64,000 nucleotides of DNA from an uncultured Methanosarcinaceae archaeon (GTDB lineage: Archaea > Halobacteriota > Methanosarcinia > Methanosarcinales > Methanosarcinaceae), in contig CAWJYV010000010.1 of NCBI GenBank assembly GCA_963847185.1, positions 480,001 to 544,000 on the forward strand. The letters are read 5' to 3'. Below the pieces are notes generated by a model. That model saw only the letters and a program-made list of their open reading frames with translations. It was not told the DNA's origin and did not search any database. Shown here piece by piece: positions 1 to 8,553 of the stretch (positions within the stretch are counted from its first letter, which is position 1; the number at the start of each line of letters is the position of its first letter). A program made the translations under genes and the position numbers.

Positions 1-289
1 TATGACCTATCTCCTTAGTGCAACTTTCCAGAATTCCAGCCTGTTCGGCTTCGATGAGTGCCATAAGTACATTCGTGCGCATATCAGGGTATCGCTTACC
101 GTCTTCGAGCAGAGCAGCGTAAACACTGATAGGCCGAACCCATACATTACCTATTTTATGTAAAAAGAAAAACTTCTCGTAGATATCAATTGCCATTTCT
201 TCCTCAACTATTTGGGATATAGACTCTGCGGGTTCTATTGCATAACCTACAGTATCCATTCTTGCAGATAGTTCTTCTATAATCTCCAT
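1..289 (-). CDS. hypothetical protein, runs off the window edge
   Basis: Manual translation from ATG at 289 gives MEIIEELSARMDTVGYAIEPAESISQIVEEEMAIDIYEKFF...ESCTKEIGH, open to position 1. Confidence 0.6.
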   Translation of the reverse strand, partial: MEIIEELSARMDTVGYAIEPAESISQIVEEEMAIDIYEKFFFLHKIGNVWVRPISVYAALLEDGKRYPDMRTNVLMALIEAEQAGILESCTKEIGH

Positions 290-546
290 ATTGTTTTTCG
301 GACGGGCTAAACGCATAATATCACTTAGTAAAATTATTACGAATATTATTATATAAAATTAATGTTTTTAAGTGTGATAATTAATTATAGAGGCATAATA
401 TGACAGAAAATATTGCAAATCTATATAAAAAATAAAAAATACTCATATAAAAACAAAAGGGAAGAGAGTAAAAATAGAAGTTTGAAATTCCAAAAATCGG
501 AAAGAAATCTCAATCAGTTTTCAGGAATTCTACTTTTTTAGATCAC

Positions 547-708
547 TTATTGCTTTAATTTCATCGGCTCTCCACAGCACGTTATATTGCCAGTACAGCA
601 GGCATCTGTAGAGCAACATGCTTCCCCACATTCGTTTACTACCTTAAGTTCGAATCCGCACCCCTCACAAATAAGAGTTTGACCTTCTTTCAATTCACTA
701 CAGTTCAC
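547..708 (-). CDS. small Cys-rich desulforedoxin-like / metallothionein-like protein (53 aa), missed by the ORF track
   Basis: GAGGTG RBS then GTG start; MNCSELKEGQTLICEGCGFELKVVNECGEACCSTDACCTGNITCCGEPMKLKQ; CxxCG...CCGEPM desulforedoxin signature; 10 Cys. Confidence 0.8.
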   Translation of the reverse strand: MNCSELKEGQTLICEGCGFELKVVNECGEACCSTDACCTGNITCCGEPMKLKQ

Positions 709-942
709 TTATGTCACCTCGATTTGCTTAATAGAAAAAATACGTAATTTAAGTTCAAACTGTTTTTGAAACAATGATTCTGAACATTATTCTTTGGACT
801 TAAGACTGAAAAAGAAGAGGGAAAAAGCAGAGGAAGAAGAAAGAAAGAAAAAGAAAGAAGTTGAAGAAATAGGACTTCTGCCCACAGGACTTCTGCCCTT
901 TTCTTCCTGAATCTCGAATCTCATTTAAATTTCAGTCAAATC

Positions 943-2361
943 TTACTCAAATTCACTTGGAGTTACCGTTTCAGACCCTGCTTTAGCCTTTAAAGAGTCT
1001 TTACGTTCTTTAAAAGTCCTGTATACTCTGAAAAGCAAGAATCCGGAAAGCATGAATGCCAGAAAGTCAGAAAGCGGAAAAGCTGCCCAGATCCCATCCA
1101 GACCGTACAGACGCGGAAGTATGATAATAAGAGGGATCAGGAAAAGGAGCTGCCGGCTAAGGGAAAGAAGAAAAGAAGGTTTCGCTTGCCCCAGAGCCTG
1201 AAATACTATTGTTGCAACAACATTAAAACCTATCAAAGGCAGCCCGAGAACCATAATTACTAAAGCACTTTTTCCAACGGTAAGATATTCAGGATCGGCA
1301 CTGAAAAGCCCGAGAAGTTGTTCTGGAAAGAGAGAAACGACAATGAGACCAAAAAGCCCGAAAGTTGTTGTTACTACGAGAGATAGTTTTACGGCTTCTA
1401 CTATTCTTCCGAACTGCTTTGCTCCATAATTGAACCCGACAATCGGCTGCAGTCCAAATGCCATACCCAGGAGAGGCAGGAAAATGAAGGAATTAATTTT
1501 CATTGCTATGCCAAAAACAGCAATTGCGACATCTCCTCCATAACTGGAAAGGGCATTATACACGAAAATCATCATAACACTTCCCGAAGCCTCCATTACA
1601 AAAGAACCTGCCCCGATAGCCCCTATTTCCTTAAGAACTCCTGGAGATAGTCTCAACGTTTCTGATTTGAAATGTACAGCTCCTTTTCCTTTAAGGTAAT
1701 ACTGAAGAAGCCAGGCTGAACCTACAGCCTGGGAGAGCACGGTTGCAATTGCAGCTCCCTGCACACCCATCCCGAAACCAAAGATAAAAACCGGATCAAG
1801 AAGGATATTAAGGCCTGCACCTAAAAGCATGGCATTCATTGCAAGGCGGGCATTCCCTTCAGCTCTGACAAGACTCTGGACCGAGATCCCAAAAACAAAA
1901 ACAATTCCTCCGGCTACTATAATCTCAAGATAATCTCTGGCGTAAGGGAGAATTCCTGGAGTCGCACCAAAGGCTTTCAGAATAGGCTCAAGAAAAAGAA
2001 GGCAGGGAATTGCAATAAGTACACTGAGAACAAGGTTCAGAGAAAAAACGTTTCCCAGGGTCCTCTCAGCTCTTTCGGAATCTCGCTCTCCAAGGGCACG
2101 CGATATTATGGAAGAGCCCCCTGTCCCGAGAACGATTCCAAAAGCCATAATTATCATCTGGATAGGAAAAGCTATCGAAAGCCCTCCTATAGCCTGGACG
2201 CTCTCTGCCCCATAAGCCCTCCCCACAAAAAAAGTATCTACAACGTTATAAAGAGCTTCCACAACCATTCCGACAATAGCCGGAGTTGAGAGTTTAAACA
2301 GGAGTTTTCTTACATCCTCTTTCCCCAGAAATTCGCTTTTTTCCTGCGTATTTTGTTCCAT
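943..2361 (-). CDS. MATE family efflux transporter (MepA-like)
   Basis: About 12 TM segments; LYNVVDTFFVG, LNILLDPVFIFG and QPIVGFNYGAK MATE motifs. Confidence 0.93.
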   Translation of the reverse strand: MEQNTQEKSEFLGKEDVRKLLFKLSTPAIVGMVVEALYNVVDTFFVGRAYGAESVQAIGGLSIAFPIQMIIMAFGIVLGTGGSSIISRALGERDSERAERTLGNVFSLNLVLSVLIAIPCLLFLEPILKAFGATPGILPYARDYLEIIVAGGIVFVFGISVQSLVRAEGNARLAMNAMLLGAGLNILLDPVFIFGFGMGVQGAAIATVLSQAVGSAWLLQYYLKGKGAVHFKSETLRLSPGVLKEIGAIGAGSFVMEASGSVMMIFVYNALSSYGGDVAIAVFGIAMKINSFIFLPLLGMAFGLQPIVGFNYGAKQFGRIVEAVKLSLVVTTTFGLFGLIVVSLFPEQLLGLFSADPEYLTVGKSALVIMVLGLPLIGFNVVATIVFQALGQAKPSFLLSLSRQLLFLIPLIIILPRLYGLDGIWAAFPLSDFLAFMLSGFLLFRVYRTFKERKDSLKAKAGSETVTPSEFE

Positions 2362-2383
2362 ATTTTAATTCTCCCTGCCGTTT

Positions 2384-2794
2384 TTATTCCATATAATCCG
2401 ACCTGTCTGGACAGGTAGGCTCAAACCCTGGTTCGAAGAGTTTGCGTGCAGCCTTCTGAACAAACTGCCTGAAAATTTCTTTTTCCTCAGGAGTGAAGTC
2501 AGAAAGAAGAGTATCGACAAAGGTAATCAACTTTTCAAGTACCACACCTCTGATTTCCTTTCCTTTTTCAGTAAGGTAAATCCTGTGAGCTCTGAGGTCA
2601 CACTCATCCCTTTGCCTGTAAACATATTCCTCTCTTTCCAGACTCTGAATCGCCCTTGTACTTGTTGCTTTGCTCACTTTCAAGATCTTTGCAAGGGTTT
2701 CCTGAGAGATACCATCTTTATGGTATAAAACCATCAAAAAATCAAACTGTCTGCTTCCGATCCGGTAAGCCTCGAGTTCCTTGGCCATGTACAC
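2384..2794 (-). CDS. MarR family transcriptional regulator (start may lie further upstream)
   Basis: QFDFLMVLY..DGISQETLA...SKATSTRAIQSLE...YVYR..DECDLRA..IYLTEKG MarR wHTH; co-oriented upstream of the MATE gene. Confidence 0.9.
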   Translation of the reverse strand: MYMAKELEAYRIGSRQFDFLMVLYHKDGISQETLAKILKVSKATSTRAIQSLEREEYVYRQRDECDLRAHRIYLTEKGKEIRGVVLEKLITFVDTLLSDFTPEEKEIFRQFVQKAARKLFEPGFEPTCPDRSDYME

Positions 2795-2909
2795 CAGATG
2801 ATCTCGGTATATATGGGCTATTGGGCCGCAGATTTCTCTTGGATCTTCCAGATTTATTTTCCGTTTTATGAAACGAGAAGGCCTTTTTGGAATAATGCCT
2901 AATTAAATA

Positions 2910-2978
2910 TTGTTACATGTGAAACAAATCGAGGATCCTCTAAGAAATTAATGCATATAATAGTTACGAATGAGACCA
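2910..2978. promoter_or_regulatory. two putative MarR operator boxes flanking a TATA-like element
   Basis: Imperfect palindrome TTGTTACATGTGAAACAA (2910-2927) and related TAGTTACGAATGAGACCA (2961-2978); minus-strand TTATATGCAT at 2951-2960. Confidence 0.45.
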
Positions 2979-3249
2979 AATCAAAACAAAATAGACTAAT
3001 TCCTCCATAAAGAAAAGAATTGCGAAATTAATAATTTAAAAAAATGTTTATAGAGCATATTGATATAATTAGCGTATGCTTGACAAAGACCTGATCCAGA
3101 ATTGGCTGGATATAGGCCTATTAATAATGCTCAGGCAGAAAAAATGAAGGAAGACCTTCAGCCTATTAAGGAAAATCCACAGTTAAGAAGTTCATTCCAA
3201 AATTTAATTCAAGCTTTTTAGAATGAGTTTCTTTAGAAAGATCCTCTCT

Positions 3250-4005
3250 TTAAAGCACATATCTCCATCCGTCCTTTTTCAGGCCTTTCCTGTGTACCTC
3301 ATAACCTGGCATGATTTCTCCGACAAGCTTCCAGAACCTTACCGAATGATTTTTCTCTTTCAAATGGCAGAGCTCATGTACCACCACGTATTCAAGCTGC
3401 TCGGGTGGAGCCATAAAAAGCTGAAAATTAATCCTCAGAATATTGTCAGCAGAACAGCTCCCCCAGCGCCTCTTTTGATACTTTACTTTAAAAACCGGAG
3501 GTGCTACCTCCAGCTTCTTTGAATAAACTCCCAAAATCCTCCCAACTCCCTCTTCAGCGCATTCGCTGTAAAAGTTCCAGAGAGCTTTTTTCACCAGAAC
3601 TGGAACCCGATCTTTAGAAGTTTTTGCAGGAATCACAACCGTAAGTTTAGAATCTTTAAAAGAAACCGTAGGTTTTTTGATATTATCCAAAAATATTATT
3701 TTCAGGGGATATTCCGTACCGAGATAAAGATAGATTTCATCCTCAGCATACTGCTTTTTTTGATCAGGCAGCCTGTTTGTCTCAAAAAACTCAAGCTTTT
3801 TACATATCCAGCCAGCCTTCAAGTGAATCATTTTCTTAACAGTTTCAGAATTTAACCCGTGAGGAGCCCGGAACTCAACTTTCATGTCCGGTCGGACAAG
3901 GATGGCTGCCCTCTTTCTCTTTTTACTATACACTATTTCATAATCTATTGTCCTGCCACACGCGATAATGCTGTCGTTTTTCCTCATCCTGGCTTCCTCA
4001 ATCAA
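3250..4005 (-). CDS. YgjP/DUF45 (M48-like) zinc-dependent metallohydrolase
   Basis: RRWGSCS, YVVVHELCHL and NHSVRFW motifs. Confidence 0.9.
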   Translation of the reverse strand: MIEEARMRKNDSIIACGRTIDYEIVYSKKRKRAAILVRPDMKVEFRAPHGLNSETVKKMIHLKAGWICKKLEFFETNRLPDQKKQYAEDEIYLYLGTEYPLKIIFLDNIKKPTVSFKDSKLTVVIPAKTSKDRVPVLVKKALWNFYSECAEEGVGRILGVYSKKLEVAPPVFKVKYQKRRWGSCSADNILRINFQLFMAPPEQLEYVVVHELCHLKEKNHSVRFWKLVGEIMPGYEVHRKGLKKDGWRYVL

Positions 4006-4361
4006 TCCTTCATATTGGACTAACTCTACACCCAGCTTTACCTTAATCTTTTCTTTATTTTCATATCTTTAAAATCTTTATTGATCCGGAAATGCAGTAA
4101 TAGTTCAGAGAGCGGCCTTTTATATTGATTGACTCATGCAATTCCCATGGCACACAAAAAAAAGAATCCAACTTAAAGAATTAGCCCGCTGATAGAAAAG
4201 AGATATAACTTACTTATAAATGAGTCTGCTTGAACGTAGCGAAACGGACAGCAGGCTGTTGAACTGCAGTGCAACTCCCAGGAAATCTCCGATTTCCTGT
4301 GATCCCGAGTCACATAATGGGAAGCGGAATTCGAGTGCCAACTCGGTACCAAGTAGGGATT

Positions 4362-4643
4362 TTATGCATAAGCCGTATTCATATCATATGCCCGTGCGTA
4401 GTGTTCAAAGACCAGGAGAGTAAGGATGTTTGTGGCACTGTCAAAGGTATAGATTAGCACAAAGGATCCTATGTGGATTCTCCATTTTCCCTCGAATTCA
4501 GCTTCAAGGGGAAAACCTATTTCGGGCCTGTATGCCAGAAGACGCAGGTGGTGCTTTACATAATCATATTCTGACCTGTCAAATAAGTATAATTTTTGAA
4601 GGTTTTTGAGAACCAAAGGATGAAAGGATAATTTGTATGTCAT
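4362..4643 (-). CDS. RelE/ParE family type II toxin
   Basis: 93 aa; YKLSFHPLVLKNL...G.PL...EGKWRIHIGSFVLIYTFD RelE-like pattern; ATGA overlap with the upstream gene. Confidence 0.7.
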   Translation of the reverse strand: MTYKLSFHPLVLKNLQKLYLFDRSEYDYVKHHLRLLAYRPEIGFPLEAEFEGKWRIHIGSFVLIYTFDSATNILTLLVFEHYARAYDMNTAYA

Positions 4644-4837
4644 TGCTCCACCTTTTCAAAAAACTCGTCAATTTCAAAAATAGGTAAATTGTGCTTAAAA
4701 CTATCACGTTCAGTTTTTCGAATTTGGGAGGAAAAAGAAGGTTGGAAAGCAGTCTCAGGAGGGTATTTAATTTCATTGAATTTCTTTTCAAATTCCTTTA
4801 GCTGACTCAAAATCTCAGAAAATGCCATACCCACCAA
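4640..4837 (-). CDS. putative antitoxin (65 aa)
   Basis: Small protein with acidic C-terminus (IFEIDEFFEKVEQ), translationally coupled upstream of the RelE-like gene. Confidence 0.55.
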   Translation of the reverse strand: MVGMAFSEILSQLKEFEKKFNEIKYPPETAFQPSFSSQIRKTERDSFKHNLPIFEIDEFFEKVEQ

Positions 4838-5348
4838 CTCGATTAATTATCTAAAATTTCCAGGGATTTTCTTTAAGCTTCAAAGTGCTTTTTATAACTA
4901 TGTTTGAAGATGCATTTTAATTTAATGAATTATATAAATTTTTGGTCGTGCACTATTAGTTGATTGATGTTATTTTCCAAAACACTTTTAGTATCGCATC
5001 ATACCTTTTTTGCAATTTAGTAAGGTGATTCAGTGAGGTTATAGTAGACGTGCTTTGATGCACAAAACATAAGTGTTTCTACCATTGGAAAATTAATCAT
5101 GAAAACATCAACCATATAATGAGGGAAGACCCGATTTTTGGATTTAAATATATGAAAATTAGAACTTAAAAAGAAATTAAGGAAACGTTATTAAGAAAAT
5201 AGGAGTTTTTCTCCAGAGCCTGGAACTAATAACTGAGTAACAGTGACATATTCACAGCATGGAGTTTATGCGATTTTCCGCCATAACAATATACTTATTA
5301 CAGCCGGAATACCTTGAATCTACAACAGCGCATTACTGTATAACACAA

Positions 5349-5741
5349 TTAAAGCTGATCATTAGTTCTTCCTGCACAGCTAATATCTGGTCTCCAGCCT
5401 TCAGCTTCCAATGCTTCCAGTACTGTGTAAACTCTTCGATCTGTAGTTCCGCTTAGTTCTGCGATCTCATCTATGACTGCTTTAGGGATTACTCCATCGT
5501 TCCCTACGTTACGCTGGATCAGCATTGAAGCTATTATGTTAAATGTTTTTTTAGCCCCATTAAATTCGTTGATCTTGCTGTCATCATTTGCTGAGAAATT
5601 TAGAAATTCTCTTGCAAATTGTTTTGATGTGTCGCTAACTGTCACTCCCTTCTCTGGTGTCCATTCCAAAAAATCTAGTTTGCATGATTCCAACTCTGCA
5701 AAATAGACTTCATCATTTTGATCTCCCATAACGTATACCAA
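5349..5741 (-). CDS. hypothetical protein
   Basis: 130-aa ORF with a GGAG RBS-like sequence at its start; possible C-terminal HTH (IDEIAELSGTTDRRVYTVLEAL). Confidence 0.5.
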   Translation of the reverse strand: MVYVMGDQNDEVYFAELESCKLDFLEWTPEKGVTVSDTSKQFAREFLNFSANDDSKINEFNGAKKTFNIIASMLIQRNVGNDGVIPKAVIDEIAELSGTTDRRVYTVLEALEAEGWRPDISCAGRTNDQL

Positions 5742-6196
5742 CTCCCTAAATCAGGATTTCTGTTTCACCGTATTTCCTTTGTACTTATTGGGTGTCTGAG
5801 TAAAAGGACTTTTCGATGGAGGATTCTAGCGAAAATATATTAAAAACGTAGTTTGTGGTTCGATATTCAAATTACGATGGAAGAAACATATTCATTTTCC
5901 AAATTGGGAACCATTGAAATCTATTTCGATATTTTGAGAAATTCAATTTATAATTTCCGGGGCTGTGAAGATCTCTTAGGGCTCTTTTCCTATTCCTGCT
6001 ATGAAGTATTTCATTGTTCGCAGGTAACAACTTTCGTTTTTGGGAGAGGGTATTAAGCATCATCCATTTCATTATAAAAGGTCCTTATTCAATTCGTCAA
6101 AGACCACAAAACTCCCTCAATAGAATATTATGCATATCAATAAAATACTTTTAAATATAATATCTGCCCGGCAATTTTAAACTGATTAACTATTCC

Positions 6197-8158
6197 ATGA
6201 ACCCCAATTCAATAGAAATTGCCAGGAGATATTTAATGCAGTACAGTATGGGTATTGACGCAGGAGGAACATACACCGATTCGATCATCATTCGGGATTC
6301 CGATGGCAAAGTGACGGATTCGAATAAGGCGCTTACTACCTATCCTGACCTTCTTGAGGGAATTCGAAATTCCATAGACGGGCTGGATGGGAAATATTTA
6401 AAAGACGTAAAAATGGTTTCCGTTTCTACAACTCTTGCTACAAATACCATCCTCGAAAAAAATGGCTACCCTGTGGGGCTAATCCTCGTAGGGGATTATG
6501 AAATTCCTGAACAGATGCGTGTTGAATTCCATTCTATAGTGAAGGGAGGACACGATCATCACGGAGCTGAACTCGTTCCGCTTGATATGGACACAGTGGA
6601 AGCTTTTGTCCGGAAGGTAAAGGATAACGTTTCAGCTTTTGCGGTTTCTTCATATTTTAGCATCCGAAACCCTGCCCATGAACTGGCAATCAAAGCTCGA
6701 ATTCAGGAGCTAACAGGGCTGCCTGCTGTTTGCGGACATGAACTATCCCTTGACCTTGGAGCTTACGAGAGGGGGATTACAGCCTACCTGAATGCCCAGC
6801 TTATCCCCATTGCACACCAGTTTATCCTTTCAATAAAAGAAGAAATTTCCAGGCGGGGAATGGACTCAAGGCTGCTCATGCTCAAATGCGACGGTTCGGT
6901 TGTAGGAATTAATGAAGCCCTGGAAAAACCTATAGAATCCATCTTTTCCGGGCCTGCAGCAAGCCTTGTAGGAGCTTCATACCTCTCGGAACTTGAAACC
7001 TGTGCAGTCATTGACGTGGGTGGAACAAGCACTGACGTGTCCATGCTTGAAAGCGGACTTCCTGAACTCTGTGCAGAGGGAGCTGTTGTTGGAGGGTGGC
7101 AGACAAAGGTTAAAGCCATCCAGATGGAAACATCGGCAATGGGAGGAGACAGCCACATCTGGGTCAGAAACATGAAAATAAATATAGGCCCAAGAAGAGT
7201 CATTCCTCTCTGTGTTGCAGCGGTTAAATATCCTGGTTTTCTCGAAGCTCTGAAAAAGGGAAGAATTCCTGCAGCCATGCATCTTGAAGAAAACGTACAG
7301 CCTACTAAGTTTTTCATAAGGACAGGGGCTGAAGCTTCGGACCTTGGAAAAATGGAACAGGAACTCTTTGATAGAATAGGAGATTTCCCTACTTCTTTAA
7401 ACGATATTTTCTGGGAAACTCAGAAAACGATTTATCCTGGCCTGCTGGATCCGCTGATAAGAAAACGCCTGATCCAGGCGATCGGTTTTACTCCTACTGA
7501 TGCCCTGCACGTGCTTGGGGAATATACTTCCTGGGATAGAGAAGCCTCAAAGGTAGGAGCAAAGCTTCTTGAACGCTATACCCAGACAGACCACATAAAA
7601 CTCTGCAAGCAGATAAAACAGGACGTTGCAAGGAATATGGCCTTAAATCTTATGTCCTTTGTCTTGAAAGACGTTCCTTCCCAGGAGATTGAAAAGATCC
7701 TGCTGTCCGACAGGTTCACACAGTTCAGGATGAAAATTCCTGTAGTTCTGATAGGAGGTCCTGTAGTTGCATATACTGAGGAGCTAAAGCAGATTCTTGA
7801 CGCCGACATTATAGTCCCTGAATATGCTGAAGTAGGAAATGCAGTCGGTGCAGTTGTCGGCAAGGGGATAAAAAGAATTGAAATCCTAATTAAAAGCACC
7901 TATACAAAGGACAGAAAAAGGCTTGTTCTTCTGTTTTCACCTCAGGGGAGAGAGACATTCGGAACTTATCCTGAAGCCCTGGAATATGCAGAAACTCTTG
8001 GGAGAAAATTAGTTATGGAATATATGAATGAAGCTGGCCTGGACAAAGGAGATGTCCAGATCGAAGTCACCAAAAAAGATATCTCTCTAAGTGAAGCAGG
8101 AGCAATACCTGTTGAAACAAAGTTAGTTTTTGTTGGAGTTGGAATGCCAAAAGTTTGA
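6197..8158 (+). CDS. hydantoinase/oxoprolinase family protein (ASKHA ATPase)
   Basis: GIDAGGTYTD, STTLATNTILE, ESIFSGPAAS, DVGGTSTDV and GFTPTDALHV motifs. Confidence 0.92.
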   Translation: MNPNSIEIARRYLMQYSMGIDAGGTYTDSIIIRDSDGKVTDSNKALTTYPDLLEGIRNSIDGLDGKYLKDVKMVSVSTTLATNTILEKNGYPVGLILVGDYEIPEQMRVEFHSIVKGGHDHHGAELVPLDMDTVEAFVRKVKDNVSAFAVSSYFSIRNPAHELAIKARIQELTGLPAVCGHELSLDLGAYERGITAYLNAQLIPIAHQFILSIKEEISRRGMDSRLLMLKCDGSVVGINEALEKPIESIFSGPAASLVGASYLSELETCAVIDVGGTSTDVSMLESGLPELCAEGAVVGGWQTKVKAIQMETSAMGGDSHIWVRNMKINIGPRRVIPLCVAAVKYPGFLEALKKGRIPAAMHLEENVQPTKFFIRTGAEASDLGKMEQELFDRIGDFPTSLNDIFWETQKTIYPGLLDPLIRKRLIQAIGFTPTDALHVLGEYTSWDREASKVGAKLLERYTQTDHIKLCKQIKQDVARNMALNLMSFVLKDVPSQEIEKILLSDRFTQFRMKIPVVLIGGPVVAYTEELKQILDADIIVPEYAEVGNAVGAVVGKGIKRIEILIKSTYTKDRKRLVLLFSPQGRETFGTYPEALEYAETLGRKLVMEYMNEAGLDKGDVQIEVTKKDISLSEAGAIPVETKLVFVGVGMPKV

Positions 8159-8469
8159 GTTCCGGAAATCTCCCGGAACATTTATATTTACCCCCAATAG
8201 TGCAAATAATGTAATTGCCGAATTAAAAGTTTGTTCTTAAATCTCGTGCCTTACTTCTGGACAGATATTTGTTTCTAAGATTATAGAGCTCTGATTCTGA
8301 AAAAAGGACTCCAAGGAAGCTGAATATGAGTTAATATCCTGATTTTATTCTCTTGATTCCTGCGATCAGATATCAGTACTTAAGAAAAATGGCGTCAATG
8401 AGAAAGCATTAGAAACAGTGCGATCCAGATAATTCCCAGGCATCGGGAAATATAAATGGAGATATAAAA

Positions 8470-8553
8470 ATGGCATGTAATCCAAAAACGGCATGTAATC
8501 CAAAAATGGCGTATAATCAAGAAGCCGCGAATAATCCAGAAATGGCATATCAT
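8470..8553 (+). repeat. 18-bp tandem repeat (about 4.5 units) at the gene start
   Basis: ATGGCATGTAATCCAAAA / ACGGCATGTAATCCAAAA / ATGGCGTATAATCAAGAA / GCCGCGAATAATCCAGAA / ATGGCATATCAT. Confidence 0.85.

Noticed and set aside
3076-3200. Short + strand coding-like fragment (MLDKDLIQNW... / ...KEDLQPIKENPQL)
   Set aside because: Broken across frames and too short to assign
5853-6110. Short ORFs on both strands upstream of the hydantoinase genes
   Set aside because: Multiple stops and no recognisable family; at most a decayed gene remnant
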